Positions 26,301-39,847 of a DNA stretch of 64,000 nucleotides are shown one piece after another (within the stretch, counting starts at the first letter, position 1; each line of letters begins with the position of its first letter). Both the position numbers and the translations under genes were made by a program. The stretch is from Octopus vulgaris. Taxonomy: Eukaryota. Below the pieces are notes generated by a model that was given only the letters and a program-made list of their open reading frames with translations, did no database searches and had not been told where the DNA came from. The DNA is taken from NCBI GenBank assembly GCA_951406725.2, contig OX597821.1, positions 61,442,001 to 61,506,000 on the forward strand. The letters are read 5' to 3'.

Positions 26301-27284
26301 TTATCACTATTCGTATTTCGTAGTCTTTCGGTCAATACTTGTGTTTACTTTTCAGGTGATATGCCCTTGATCTGAACACTGTCGACCGTGGTAATTCTTT
26401 CGCTGTGATAGTTCTCCGAATATTTCTTGTACCATTCTTCTAGCTGGTGTGGCAATGATTTCTACATTACTTCGAGTCTTCGAACAATCACTTAGAACTC
26501 GATTCGATTCTTTTTTATGCTGTGCAAGGGACCTTTGTCACATTTAATAACGATAGAATATTTTCCGAATCTTGGAAAATTCTTCTACTGCGGACATATT
26601 TTGTTTGCCTGCCCACTTTTTTTTAATGAAATTTATGTGGAATTTTCCTTTGTTTTTATTCTTTTGTGTCAATTCTTATTAATCTCATTAAAATTAAAAA
26701 CTCTTTAGTTTCTGTTGCTTTCCTTTTTCCTCTTCGTTCTTCTGTATAAGTAGATCTTTGTGGTTGTACTCTTTCCATGTTGAACAATGTGAAATTTGCA
26801 TATTTTATTTCGTTTAACTTGCAGATATTGATGCAGCGTCAGTTTTAATTAAATATTCAGCGGCTAGACTAACGAATTTTATATTAGTGTCATTTCACCT
26901 TTAAGTTTCTACCTTAGGCGTTACTTTCGTTTGTTTGGAGGAGGAATTTCTATCAATTTTAATTTATTAACGATTTCCACCTTAGAAAACAGCCAGTTTT
27001 CTTAATTTTCTTTAATTGCGGATCTTTTCGCTTTGACCGGCAGATTTTAAAAATAATTTCTTTGTAACTAAACACTTTTAAACTTCGTATACTGGTAGAA
27101 TGTGTTTATAAAACATCTTTTTCTCTTGGCTTTCTTGAGAAAATTCTGTAGTTTGTAAGCTATTTGTTATTTTATTTCTTGCATTTCGGAAATTTCAACC
27201 AATCAATGACGTCTATTGAGGTGAATACAATATCTCCGGATCTTTGTCAACAACAATTATTTGAACTCAGATTTTGAACCCAGA

Positions 27285-27720
27285 ATTTGCTAGTCTCCGA
27301 ATCTGCTACTATCTGCGCTTTGTGCTCATACCATATCTTGCCTCTCTCTAGCCCCAGTTTTCGCACAGTTTCTATTATAGCACTTTGGCTACTTGGTCGT
27401 GTTGCCACAACTTGTAGTGGTTTGGGGCATGTCTAGGGTATTCGTTCGTGATACGGGCAATGGTTGTATCTACTCTATTGCAGATCCGGCACAGCGGAGA
27501 CAGTTGATCATTCCTTAGATTGTCCTTCCAGTTCGTGGCCAAAGCTTGGTCCTGCGTTACCAGTCTAGTGCTCTCAGTCTCTTGTTTTAGAGTTCCTGTC
27601 TTCAGCCAATCCCACCTATTTTTTCCAGCAACTTCTGTTGTGGCTCCATGGAAGTGATTGTGTAGTCCCTTCTTGCTTAATTCTACTTCATGTCCTTTTA
27701 GTAAATCTTACTTTGTTTTC
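27285..27720 (-). mobile_element. R4/Dong-like RLE element internal fragment
   Basis: Minus translation RWDWLKTGTLKQETESTRLVTQDQALATN...SPLCRICNRVDTTIARI...YKLWQHDQVAKVL**KLCE. Confidence 0.85.
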
Positions 27721-27740
27721 CTTTTTTCTCTGCTTCGTTC

Positions 27741-27962
27741 CTTGTTGTTGCTGTTGTTGTTGTTGTTGTTCTTCTTCTTCTTCTTCTTCTTCTTCTCCTT
27801 CTTCTTCTTCTTCTTCTACTTTTTCTTCGTCGTCGTCGTCGTCGTCTTCTTCTTCTTTTGTTGTTGCTTTTGTTGTTTTTCTTCTTCTTCTTCTTCCTCT
27901 TCTTCTTCTTCATCATCATCATCATCATCTTCTTCTTCTTCTTCTTCTACTTCTTCTTCTTC
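27741..27962. repeat. Mosaic trinucleotide microsatellite (TTG/TTC/TCG/TCA)
   Basis: Direct inspection. Confidence 0.95.
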
Positions 27963-28425
27963 GCATTAAACAATAGTTTTTTTTTGTCAGTTGCTTCTGT
28001 TAAATTACAATGAGAGTATTAATTTTTCTGCTATTATCCCTTACTTTGATATTTTCGTGTAAGTTGATATTGCTAGTCAGAGGCGTCAGAGTGGCAGTGA
28101 ATATGTAAAATATAGACATCAAAACCGAATGAACCAATTTGCAAAGCAATTTTTTCTTGCACTTACAAATATAATTCCTTGATTTATTTATTTCATTTCA
28201 TCATCAAATATTTATAAAGTATGTAAAATCAGGGACACATTTAATGATCATCGAATATTTTTGCATTGATATTCCACAGCTTATGCATTTTTAATTGTAA
28301 TGCATTATTGGTATGAGAAATATGTTTTGTGTCTATGCTCTATTGTAGAGAAGGATATATATTCCGCCAGCAATTGACGTATAGACAAATATAAATAACT
28401 TGTCTTTATATATAATAGAGTATTA

Positions 28426-28820
28426 TAGGCGCAGGAGTGGATGTGTGGTAAGTAGCTTGCTTACCAAGTACACGGTTCCGGTTCCACTGCGTGGCACTTT
28501 GGGCACGCGTCTTCTACTATAGCCTCGGGCTGACCAAAGCCTTGTAAGTAGATTTGGTAGACGAAAACTGAAAGAAGCCCGTCGTATATCATTTATATAT
28601 ATGTGTGTATATATATATATATGTGTGTGTTTGTGTTTGTGTTTTGTGTGTCTGTGTTTGTTCCCCCACCATAGCTTGACAACCAATGATGGTGTGTTTA
28701 CTTCTCGTAAGCTAGCGGTTCGGCAAAAGAGTAACTCCTGGGGTGGATTTGTTTGACTAAAGGTGGTGCGACAGCATAGCCGCAGTCAAATGACTGAAAC
28801 AAATTAAAGAATAAAAGATT
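28426..28820 (+). mobile_element. SINE family B, near full length
   Basis: GGCGCAGGAGTGGATGTGTGGTAAG head through GCAGTCAAATGACTGAAAC tail. Confidence 0.92.
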
Positions 28821-29112
28821 ATTATATATAAATGAGATTTGACAGAAAAAATGTGATTTGATAATTCTGTTTTGAGAAAGTTGTAATTCAGTATCTCTGT
28901 TTGTAATTCTGTTTTGTAAATGAGTGTCCATTTAAAATGTCCATGAAATCATCGCTTATCAACCCAGGTTTTTATATATGGAAATAAACAGTGGGGTGAT
29001 TTGCAGTTCGTAGATTTCAAGACCTACTCTATTGCATATGTTGCAATACAAAATTGAAACTAGCCCGGCTGGCACTACTGAACCTGTTTTATATAATAAT
29101 ATCAATCTGTTT

Positions 29113-29530
29113 AAGGCGGCGAGCTGGCAGAATAGTTAACATGCCGGGCAAAATGCTTAGCGGTATTCCGTCAGCCGTTACGTTCTGAGTTCAAATTCCG
29201 CCGAGGTCGGCTTTGCCTTTCATCCTTTCGGGGTCGATTAAATAAGTACCAGTTACGCACTGGGGTCGATGTAATCGACTTAATCCGTTTGTCTGTCCTT
29301 GTTTGTACTCTCTGTGTTTAGCCCCTTGTGGGTAGTAAAGAAATAGGTATTCTGTCAGCCGCTACATTCTGTGTTCGAATTCTGCCGAGGTTGACTTTGC
29401 CTTTCATCCTTTTCGGGGTCGATTAAACAAGTACAAGTTACGCACTGGGGTCGATGTAATCGACTTAATCCGTTTATCTGTCTTTGTTTGTCCCTTCTAT
29501 GTTTAGCCCCCTGTGAGCAATAAAGAAATA
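29113..29530 (+). mobile_element. SINE family A, dimeric copy with TSD
   Basis: Full unit plus repeated body from ~29346. TSD-like AATATCAATCTGTTT (29098-29112) and AATATCAAGCGGTTT (29531-29545). Confidence 0.92.
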
Positions 29531-30273
29531 AATATCAAGCGGTTTGCCACTTTCTCTAAATAGAGTGTTGGCTACAGAACTGTAGCTTTGTTCACTTATA
29601 GACGACGGCATTTTAAATTTTCTAGCTGAGTATTAGCAATATAATATAGCTATACATGAAAGTATACACGTACAGGCTGCAGCACTTCTATGTTGTTACG
29701 CTTATTCATACTCCTCTACGTGTGTTAATGTCATATTATGATTGCCAAAATAATTATTTATATTCATCTACTTAAGCATATACGAGGGTACGTGGAATAA
29801 ACGCATGCGTGATAAACAACCACGCGTATTTAGACAGGAAACCAGGTCTGGATATTTGAAACGTAATGTGGTCCAGTAAAATCGTATGAGATATAGCTAG
29901 TTGTATTGCAATCACACCCGCCAACATATATAGAAACACATACACATACATAATGTCATACACACGGTCTCATCACATACAGGTATCAATCTGCATGTAT
30001 TTTTACTTAGCCTCTGATGTTATCTCTCAAATCGGGATTATACTTTCAATAACAAACTGCAGTTAATAGTGAAATATAAAAAAAGGAAGCAATATGTAAC
30101 ACTGTCATTAAAACTCTACAAAATATTACCTAACTAGCTGACAGAAAAAAGGATGATGTGTTCACGAAATTGCAATTATATAAAAAAACAAATTGTATTT
30201 TAGGGGCCAGTGGAGAATTTCTCTCTCTCTCCCTCTGTCTGTCTGTCTGTCTGTCTCTGTCTCTGTCTCTCTT

Positions 30274-30321
<48 letters not shown>

Positions 30322-30411
30322 CACACACATATGTGTATGTGCGTGCGTTTGTGTGTGTATATATGTATATATATATGGATATATGTATGTATAATATGTA
30401 TGTATGTATAT

Positions 30412-30473
<62 letters not shown>

Positions 30474-30749
30474 CAGAAGACATACATAGGGTTAATAAAA
30501 AATAATTATTCCCAAAACCTAACTTATGGATCAGCTAATTGTCCATGTATTACGAACACGCTAATACATCACAATAAAACGGACTATTCGCCACTGTTAT
30601 AAGAGCAATATAACGCGCAAGTTTTCTCCTGACAGTGATTAACTTCGCCCTCAATTCCAATTACCATTCAGCGTGTGGCACAAAATTATGCGCATCCAGA
30701 ACATATATACACTCATATAGTTATGCATACACGTATGTGTGAGCGTGTG

Positions 30750-30797
<48 letters not shown>

Positions 30798-30860
30798 AAA
30801 ATACATTTTGTGTATGTATGTATTTATGAATATATATAAGCATGCGCATTTTGGCAGGCG

Positions 30861-30919
<59 letters not shown>

Positions 30920-31003
30920 CATGCAGACACATTCTGGTGGCAGTAGGTAGATGTCTATTGAGAAGAGAATTCATCAAAATATTCCAATCAAAGTATGATA
31001 TTA

Positions 31004-31400
31004 TTTTCTACTCTAGGCACAAGGCGCAAAACTTTTGGAGGGGTTACCAGTCAATTAGATCGACCCCAGGACGCAACTGGTACTTAATTTATCGACCCCG
31101 AAAGATGAAAGTCAAAGACGACCTCGGAGGAATTTGAACGCAGAACGTAAAGACAGACGAAGTACCTATTGCTTTACTACCCACAAGGGGCTAAACACAG
31201 AGACGACAAACAAGGACAGACAAACGCATTAAGTCGACTATATCGACCCCAGTGCGTAACTGGTACTTATTTAATCGATCCCGAAAGGATGAAATGCAAA
31301 GTCCTCCTCAGCGGAATTTGAACTCAGAACGTAGTGGCAGACGAAATACCGCTAAGCATTTCGTCCGGCGTGCTAACGTTTCTGCCAGCTCGCCGCCTTG
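31004..31400 (-). mobile_element. SINE family A, dimeric copy with TSD
   Basis: Reverse complement of the 1947-2309 architecture; AAGTATGATATTA on both sides (30991-31003 and 31404-31416). Confidence 0.92.
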
Positions 31401-31699
31401 TCGAAGTATGATATTACAATGTTCAGAATGTCGTTAAGATTTCACATTAATTTATGCAATAATCAATCTGTAATTATTCTGCATCATGTTCCAAGATTAC
31501 ACTGTTTGCATTTTATAACGTGAACAGCAATATCAAAGCCTCTGGAGAATATCTATTTAGCATGCTACTCACCACTGGGACACAGATATATTAGGTAGCT
31601 ATATATTAAGTATCCATACATACATACAGACCTATACATAGAGGTTTCATTAATAGAAAAGAGATAAAAATGTGGAAACTAAGCGGCTTGAAGTGAACG

Positions 31700-32080
31700 T
31701 TCATAATTAAGATTAAATAGCACTGTGAGATATCGCCATTGGCAACTAGAATAGATTTAGTGAAAAAAAGAAACAATTTTGCCACTACACCGAAGAGATT
31801 AACTCGCTGAAACAGATGAGCTACTGGAAGAACTAAATCTTTAAACGAACTGAAGCTTTAATCTCAAGGCGTGATCCCAAAGCGTAATCCTAAGGTGTAA
31901 TCCCAAAGCATGAAAAATATGCAGTGATATACATCGGGAGGGTCTTTGAAGGTCTAGCTCCCAGCTTTGGAATTATAAGTGATACTAACCACCGAATGGC
32001 ACGACATTGCATTGTATGAAACAACCCACTTCTTCATTTAGGATAAGGTTCCAATATGGTAATGGTTGGGTTTCTAAGAA
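31700..32080 (+). mobile_element. CR1/L2-like LINE 3' ORF remnant
   Basis: Degenerate MSYW..L and VIYIGRVFEGLAPSFGI pieces resemble CR1/L2 C-termini. Confidence 0.5.
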
Positions 32081-32699
32081 AACATTGAAAAATGTATATA
32101 TGTACTCATACACATACACATACACACACACATACACATTTAAGACAAGGTATGAATATTGGTCATTATATATTCTTTTCTTGTAGTAATTTCAACAAGT
32201 ATATATAAGTGAGTTCATTGATCGCTTCACTCAATCTGTGCATTGATCGGTTGAGAAGATTTGGACGACCTTAAAGTGTTAATGCTACCCTCATCAGACT
32301 TATGATATTCTGATGAAAACCATGTAGATATATGATAGATAAATGATGCAGGCGTGGGAAGGGGAGCGACAAAAGGGCTATAAATATGAGGTGAGTGGAA
32401 GAGAGATAAATAGAAAGAGAGAAAAATTGATGAGTTGGAAGAGAAGAACTAAACGAAAGAGATGTAATTGATAATTCATAGCTTTGTATTTACAATTAAC
32501 GATCAGCTTTGTTGTAGTTACAGAACCTCGAACAGATTCAATGCTATAAGATTTAGTTAGACTGAAAGACAGTTATAGTCAAGCACAGAAAAAAGAATTG
32601 GTAAAGAAATATGTATTTAAGTAAAGATACACTCATTAAATAGATGAAGGGGCGTTTTTTGGATTCTGTTTAGATGTAATATGTTCTAAGTTCTAGCTA

Positions 32700-33450
32700 G
32701 AAGAGGTGCCCTAACCAGGCTCTATCATTGTTTGTTTGATTCAACCCTTTCCCATAGCTTTCTCTCCGAGTTTGGTTCTAGTGAAGCAGTGAGCTGAACA
32801 AAACTGCTCTTATTTGCGTTTCCTGTCATGTTGTGTACTGTTTTAGTATTTCGGAAAAGATTTTGTCAAATGCGTTTTTTTGAATACATCCACATGTACG
32901 CTTCCCAGATCTCGGAGGTTTTTCGTGACAATGTGGCGAAATTTTGCAGACCCTTGAACCTTAAAGTAGCCGACAAATAGTGGCATGTTGTTTTCGGCTG
33001 CCCATTTGTGTACGGTGTATGATCTTTCTGTAACTTTGAGATATCAGGACCATTGACTGACTGTGAGTCTTTTGTATTGATAGTATAATAGGTGAGCGTA
33101 GCTGATTGTATGAGTGAAAACATATCTGAGAGATCGACAACGAACATCAGTGGTCTCAGTACACTTCCCTGATAAACTCCACTTAGGACTGGCGCTTCCT
33201 CAGAGAGAACACCATTGGCTGTAACGTTTTGATTCTTTACGAAAATAGTTAGCATGGCATTCGTCTCGCAGCAGTTGTGACGTAATTCTGTGATCAACTT
33301 TATCAGAGGCTTTGGAAAACTCAAGATGTGTCATACGTACATTAACATATTTGGGGAGTTGTTTGAGTGCGCAGTTATAATGCTACCAAAGAGCTCCTTC
33401 ATAAACAGAAGCCATGCTGTGTGTTATTATGCATATCATTTTTATCTCGG
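32700..33450 (-). mobile_element. CR1/Jockey-group LINE reverse-transcriptase remnant
   Basis: QNVTANGVLSEEAPVLSGVYQGSVLRPLMFVVDLSDM...YYTINTK is a decayed Q.V..NG..S...V.SGVPQGSVLGPLLF...I.D...YADDTK. Confidence 0.8.
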
Positions 33451-33990
33451 AATATGATCAGCTTCATTTCCGTTGTTTTAAACTAAATAGGTAAAATTAT
33501 GAGAGTTATCAAAGAATATGTCATAAAATTTGATTCTAGAAAGTGGGAAATTGCATTTGCAATGAAGAAAAAGTTTAAAATTATTTAGGGAGATGACAGA
33601 AACATTTGTTACATAAGCAAGAATCACTTGCAGTTATGCTCATCGTCAAAATACTGATTTATGTTTCATTGTTCGATATTGTCTTATTAGCGACAAAAAT
33701 GTTCTTGACTGTATATATGAAGGCATTTAATATTTTAAAAAAATTCTGTAAATATTACTGCAAATTTCAACTGAAATTACAGACGAAAACAATTGAAATT
33801 TTCCAAAAATGCCTGAAAATATTCTCTGGCCAGAGATACTTGCTAATGCCGCTAGATATCGAGAAACCATACCAAAAAGAGACTTGATTTGGCAAGTGTT
33901 CAACCAAAGGCAATCGGACTTATTTAGAAGCTGGAATATTTCCCACATACAAAGTTTCAGGCTATCAGACAAGGCTAATTAATGTGATTC

Positions 33991-33992
<2 letters not shown>

Positions 33993-34076
<84 letters not shown>

Positions 34077-34101
34077 ATACATATACATACATATATATAC
34101 A

Positions 34102-34162
<61 letters not shown>

Positions 34163-34331
34163 ATATATACATATACATACATATATGTATATATATATAT
34201 GTATGTATATATGAGATATATAAGTGTGTGCTCTTGTGCATGCAAGTATTTATATGAATATACTCATACACATGTACACATATACACGCATGCATGCAGA
34301 TATACATGCATACATACATATATATATATAT
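33993..34331. repeat. Long (TA)n/(TACA)n microsatellite
   Basis: Direct inspection. Confidence 0.95.
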
Positions 34332-34514
34332 ATACATACGTACATACATACAACCTTAACGTAACTCTCAGGTAGATTCAGTGCGACACAAACTGTGACA
34401 AGGCTGGCCGTTTGAATTACAGGTACTATTCATTTTTTCGTGTCAGCGGAAATTGAACTCTCACGACCATACGATTCTGAGCCGAATATCCTAGCCTCTA
34501 AGCCACGTGCCTTT
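34332..34514 (-). mobile_element. tRNA-derived SINE family C
   Basis: Reverse complement of the 48624-48915 family (GATTCAG.GCGACACA..GACAAGGCTGGCC.TTTGAA; head TTGAACTCTCACGACCATACGAT). Confidence 0.7.
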
Positions 34515-35283
34515 ACACACACACATGCACACGCTCACACACACGCACACGCTCACACACAAGCATGGAAGCATGCACACACATAGAGCGTATGCTCGAA
34601 ACGTCAAAGACTTTTCCATTCTTCCCGAGCGTGAATCTATAATACAACCACCTCTTCTTCCTTCACCTGTCTTCGTCTTTTGCATTCTATGAATTTAATC
34701 TCTCTATGTATTATTATATACGTCGGCATATATGTCTATATAATATAGAATATAGACATGTAAAAATATAAAAAGCTATTTATTTGAAAGTCTTTTAGCT
34801 CTGAAATTATAACCGAGGATTATATATCACCTAATTAAAATTTTTTTTTTTTAAATGGACAATAGTTAATTATGTTAATAGTTATCTCCAAGCTAACATG
34901 GCAGTCCAGAAAAAAATAGGACGAATGCTGCCGTTGATAAACTCCAAGAGGCCATCGCCTCTAGCTAGCTATGTGACACACAAACATGTGTCCATTATAA
35001 CTTTCGAACAGGGGAAGTCGGTAGCTTCCCCTTGCTGGTATGGCATCCACATACTAGTTTTGAGGTGATTGCCCCTTATTAATATAGAGTAGCCGAACAC
35101 AGCAGGCGTCTTTCATACGTTCTCTAGATATCTTTTCCAATCTTCAGTGAAAATGCCCTCTGTCTTTCTCTTATTGTATACAGTGACTCTTAACTGTCCC
35201 CTCTTGACTTGCATGACTTGCATATAATACGGCAATCAGTTACGTATATTTATAGCAGTATTCGTTAATATCACACAAACATT

Positions 35284-35452
35284 GGTATTTCGTCTGTCTT
35301 TTCGTTCTGAGTTCAAATTCTGCCGAGATCGACTTTGCCTTTCATCGTTTCGGGGTCGATAAATTAAGTACCAGTTGCGTAATGCGCTCTATTTAATCGA
35401 CTGGCACCCTCCCCCAAAATTTCGGGTCTTGTACCTAGAGTAGAAAAGAATA
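35284..35452 (+). mobile_element. SINE family A second-unit fragment
   Basis: GGTATTTCGTCTG..GTTCTGAGTTCAAATTCTGCCGAG..CCTAGAGTAGAAAAGAATA, as at 2181-2309. Confidence 0.85.
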
Positions 35453-37332
35453 CTATACAATCATTTCAAAAGAAAATTAAATTGTTTGAAAGTTAGTTGA
35501 GAAGCAGGAAATATAGAATTCTTTTGTAATTGTATTTTTCTAAAACTATTTCTTGTTGAGATTGTGTAAAAATCTATAAAGGTAGCACCGAATGTGCAGA
35601 CTCATGAGGAAACTTCTTAGACATCTCTATTCTTAGTTGTAAACTTGTCAGCTCTTTTAACATGAGAGTTGTAATTTATTATTGTGCACTCTACCGAAGT
35701 AAACAATCCTATATATGGAACCATATCGACTTCATAATCTATCAATAATATTAATTTGCTAATGTACGACTGTGTGAGCAAAGCTTCACCAAATGTTACT
35801 ACACAATATTACTTTTTCTCAAGGCAGAGAAAAGTTCAAATGGATAAACTTGAATTCACAGTCCCAGTTAACGAAGTAAAGTATCTGCTTCACGAAGGTG
35901 TGAATTCTAAGAAAACGACATCAATATAATATACTACTTTCGTTTTCCTAAGACCTGTAGCTTTATTTAATAAAACGATAGGCTACATTTAGCGGAGTCC
36001 ACTCTATTATAGAATTCGTGTTGGTTTCCTATTTGAAATTGCCCTCCGAATCCCGAAATTGCGCAACCAGGTATCCCTAATTACATTACATATGCGCAAC
36101 TAGTTATTCCTAACTTTATTACACATGGGTTTATGGTTATGTTCAAATCTATGGAAGTAAATGACATACTCTTCTTCCTACTTCATACAACTGCCAACAT
36201 ATTTGAGTTAAGCTCTCCTCTCCCTCTATTTCTGTTACACAAATCAACAAATCTCCTCATAACATAATAACGTTTCTTTGCCTACATTATTTTACTGCTC
36301 CAATATCCGCCTCTGTTAAACACTCACCCGTCTCTCCCTCTTGCAACACTTCACCCAACGCGTTACACATATACACATGCAAAATAACATTGTAGATAAT
36401 GAACACGGCTTAAACCATAACTAAATCTAGGTCAATGTAGAAATATCTACAGTTACTCATTTGGAAGCTTCCAGCTATATTTAAACGGGAGCCATATTTA
36501 AACATTCGAATGATTATTTATCTTAGCAAAAGATATAGCTGGAAATAATCTTAGAGATATGTATCAGAGTATATCATCTCTTCCGCAGAAAAACCATTAG
36601 AAGTTATGTGTCATTCATGGAAGCGATAGAACAACTGTGTTACTAGGATAATCTGCTATTATTCGTTAAAATTTTTATGAAGTACAATTTCTTAATCTCT
36701 AAAGACATATCTTTATATCTCTGTTAGACAAAATTCAGAATAGTTTTCCCTTGCATTTCTTCTGAATGAATGCACATTATCGTGAAAGTCCATCGGTGCT
36801 TTCGGATTCTACCGAATCCCTCTGTTCAAATATTAAGAAACGTATGTTTAATCATGCGGTAACTACACCAAAAACATATTAAGTCTAGACATTATTGAAT
36901 AATCCTTGCCCGTTTTTCTCTACTCCCTCTCTTTCGCTCTCTCTTTCTATCTCTGTATGTGTGTGTGTGTGTTTGTGTGTGTGCATGCGAACATATGGTA
37001 TGGTCATGTCACTCGATGGTATGTAGGTAAACAACCATTTGTTTTAATTTTCTATTCACTTCTAAATTTTTCTTTTAATAAGTGATGTGAAGTAAAATAT
37101 GGAAGATATTACATCTATCTATGCACCATGATTGAATTCTGTGCATGCGAATTACGAGAAACTTACGCCAAAGATGTATATAATATCAATATATATGCAC
37201 ATGCATACACATACACACACACATATATATATATATGTATGTATGTATGCATCAATGCATGTATGTATGAATGTATAGATATATGTGTATGTGTGCGCGT
37301 GTGTGTGAGTGTGCATTTATTTATATGATAGT

Positions 37333-37380
<48 letters not shown>

Positions 37381-37460
37381 TATAATATTCGTATGTGTAT
37401 ATTGAGAACGAGTTAATGTTGTAGAGAAATGAGTTATGACGCACACACACACGCGCACAC

Positions 37461-37536
<76 letters not shown>

Positions 37537-38019
37537 GTGTGTGTATATGCACAAGCGGTTACATGAATGCGGAGGAAGGACATTCGTATACATATGGATT
37601 TATGCTAACGTAATACATTGCTTAGCTGACATCACATTTCCAGTTCCACAGAGTTCAAATGATATTTCATTTACCATTTTTTGCCTGCACCTTTATATCA
37701 TTTATGCAACTGCTCTCCTCCAACAATGCTAGCATTCCAAATACGATCTTAATATTGAATCAGTCTATTATTTCATTCGCATTCAGAAATTGATTGTGTT
37801 ATTTATATACACGCTGAAGAAAAGATTCGTAACTATATCCTGCATCAGGAACAGGGCACGTAGGTTACTATTCCTCATAATATATTTCGAATGAAATCAA
37901 ATATTTCATTATTTCGACTACGTTTGGTTTCGTTCTGTTTGAATATACTTTGATGAAAACACCATTGCATTATTCGTGTTTGCTGACTTCTATTAAAATA
38001 TAACCCGGCCTCTTATAAG

Positions 38020-38222
38020 TCTTTCAAAACTTTGAGACAAAGCCTGCAATTTTAGTGTAGGGAAAATCTATTACTTCGACCCTATATTTTAAATGGTACT
38101 TATTTTGTCGCACCCCAACCATGAAAAGCACAGTAGAATTTGAATTCAGAACGTAAATAGCAGCGAAAAATGGTGCGAAACATTTTGTCCGAAGCGCTGG
38201 CTAATTTTCCAGCTCGTCGCAT
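38020..38222 (-). mobile_element. SINE family A, degenerate (repeated at ~41113-41315 and ~44208-44410)
   Basis: TGGTACTTATTTTGTCG..GAATTTGAATTCAGAACGTA..CCAGCTCGTCGC. Confidence 0.75.
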
Positions 38223-38586
38223 TAACATAGTATATTATAATATGAAGTTATATAAATATGTTTTCAAGTATTGCACCCTTTTGGGCTTACAGAAACGAAA
38301 AATAATGCTAACACTGTAAGACATCTTTAGCTCGTAGATAAATGCATATAGTTCCTTCTTTAACATCTCCATCATCCTTTGTAGTTGTAAAAATGTTAAA
38401 GAGCACCATTATAATACAGTTATGCACGTGAAGTAATACCCTGTTTTTGAAAATACGTATTTGCTTAATAAAATCAGAAACGAATGTTTTCATGTCTATG
38501 AGTACACGATTTAAAACTGTTCTGAGATCTAAGATGTATTTATACCATATACATGTGGTATAAATACATATACATGTACGTAGACG

Positions 38587-38807
38587 GACGAAGAGGTATT
38601 AAAATGTTCCTGTTTCTGGGTAAAAGCAAATATAGACGGATCAGTTAATTATGATTTTATTCAACGTATTCCCCTCTCAGACTCACACATCTATTGCAGT
38701 GGCCATTCAGATTTTCTAAGACTTTTAAAAGAACTCGGAAGATTGGGCCACCAGCCAGGTCCTTCGTGAAACCCTTAAAGCCAAGAACTGTTCAGCGCTC
38801 CCTCGTA
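38587..38807 (-). mobile_element. Mariner-derived MITE (repeated at 41680-41900 and 44775-44995)
   Basis: TIR-like ends ACGAAGAGGTATTAAAATGTTCCTG / CCAAGAACTGTTCAGCGCTCCCTCGTA. Minus strand retains RCVSLRGEYVE* (mariner C-terminus). Same family as 53853-54056. Confidence 0.75.
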
Positions 38808-38831
38808 TACATATACATCATATATATATAA

Positions 38832-39061
38832 TTCTTTATTGCCCACAAGTGGCTAAACATAGAGGAGACAAACAAAGACAGACATAGGTATTAAGTCGAT
38901 TACATCGACTCCAGTGCGTAACTGGTACTTATTTAATCGACCCCGAAAGGATGAAAGGCAAAGTCGACCTCGGCGGAATTTGAAGTCAGAACGTAGCGGC
39001 AGACGAACTACCGCTAAGCATTTATCCCGGCGTGCTAAAGATTCTGCCTGCTCGCCGCCTT
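38832..39061 (-). mobile_element. SINE family A (repeated at ~41925-42154 and ~45020-45249)
   Basis: Full monomer, reverse complement of 29113-29345. Confidence 0.9.
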
Positions 39062-39298
39062 TTCATATACATATATATACCCACACACTTACACACACAT
39101 ACACACGCATATATAAGTATGTGTGTGTGCATACGTATAAGTGTAACTCCTTTAATTTTTTTATATATGTACATATTCCTATAGTATAGTTTTTACTTGT
39201 ATATGTTGATGTAAGCAGTTTTGCCGCTCCAAAGTTAGCACAGAGGAGAGTTTGGCATTTTCTTGACGTAACGATTGCTAATATTTAGAATAAAACAT

Positions 39299-39512
39299 AA
39301 GGCGTCGAGTTGGTGGAATTGTTAGCACGCCGGGAAAAATGCAGTATTTCGTCCGTCTTTACGTTCTGAGATTAAATTCCGCCGAGCTGAACTTTGCCTT
39401 CAACTTTTCTGAGCCTATAAAATAAGTACCAGTTGAACACTAGCGTCAATGTAATCCACTTACCCCATTCCCCGAAATTGCTGGTCTTGTGGTGGCAAAG
39501 CTCGAAACCATT
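39299..39512 (+). mobile_element. SINE family A, degenerate (repeated at ~42391-42603 and ~45487-45700)
   Basis: AAGGCGTCGAGTTGGTGGAATTGTTAGCACGCCGGG..AAATTCCGCCGAG..AAATAAGTACCAG. Confidence 0.85.
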
Positions 39513-39577
39513 ATTTACAATGAAACAAGCAACACACCTTGTAAACCACGCTTACATTTTTAGTTGGACTTTTTTCA

Positions 39578-39614
<37 letters not shown>

Positions 39615-39753
39615 AAAGCAATTAAGATTCAAGTCAGTTCTAATGAATTCACTTGAATGCGGTACTTAACTTAGATGCACCAGAAAACTATATGGTATAC
39701 ATACAATAATGTGGGGTGATTATAAACGAGAAAAAAGCAACAAGAATGGATTA

Positions 39754-39847
39754 GTTTTTAGTACAATTGTTTCATACAAAGACAGGCTTTATTAAAAGCT
39801 GCAAATATTGCAGCAAATACAAGTGTCCCGTACTCATCAGCTAAAAC
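39754..39847 (-). ncRNA. Minimal type-I hammerhead ribozyme
   Basis: Minus strand: GTTTTAG-CTGATGA-GTACGGGACA...TGTCTTTGTAT-GAAA-CAATTG-TA-CTAAAA. Stem I TTTTAG/CTAAAA, stem II GTAC/GTAT extended, palindromic stem III ACAATTGT, GUA cleavage triplet. Confidence 0.85.

Noticed and set aside
32292-32317. TCATCAG...CTGATGA short inverted repeat
   Set aside because: No downstream stem II/GAAA; chance 8-bp hairpin.
35095-35150. Minus-strand CTGAAGA...GAAA-GACGCC-T
   Set aside because: Stem II and stem I do not pair and position 17 is G.
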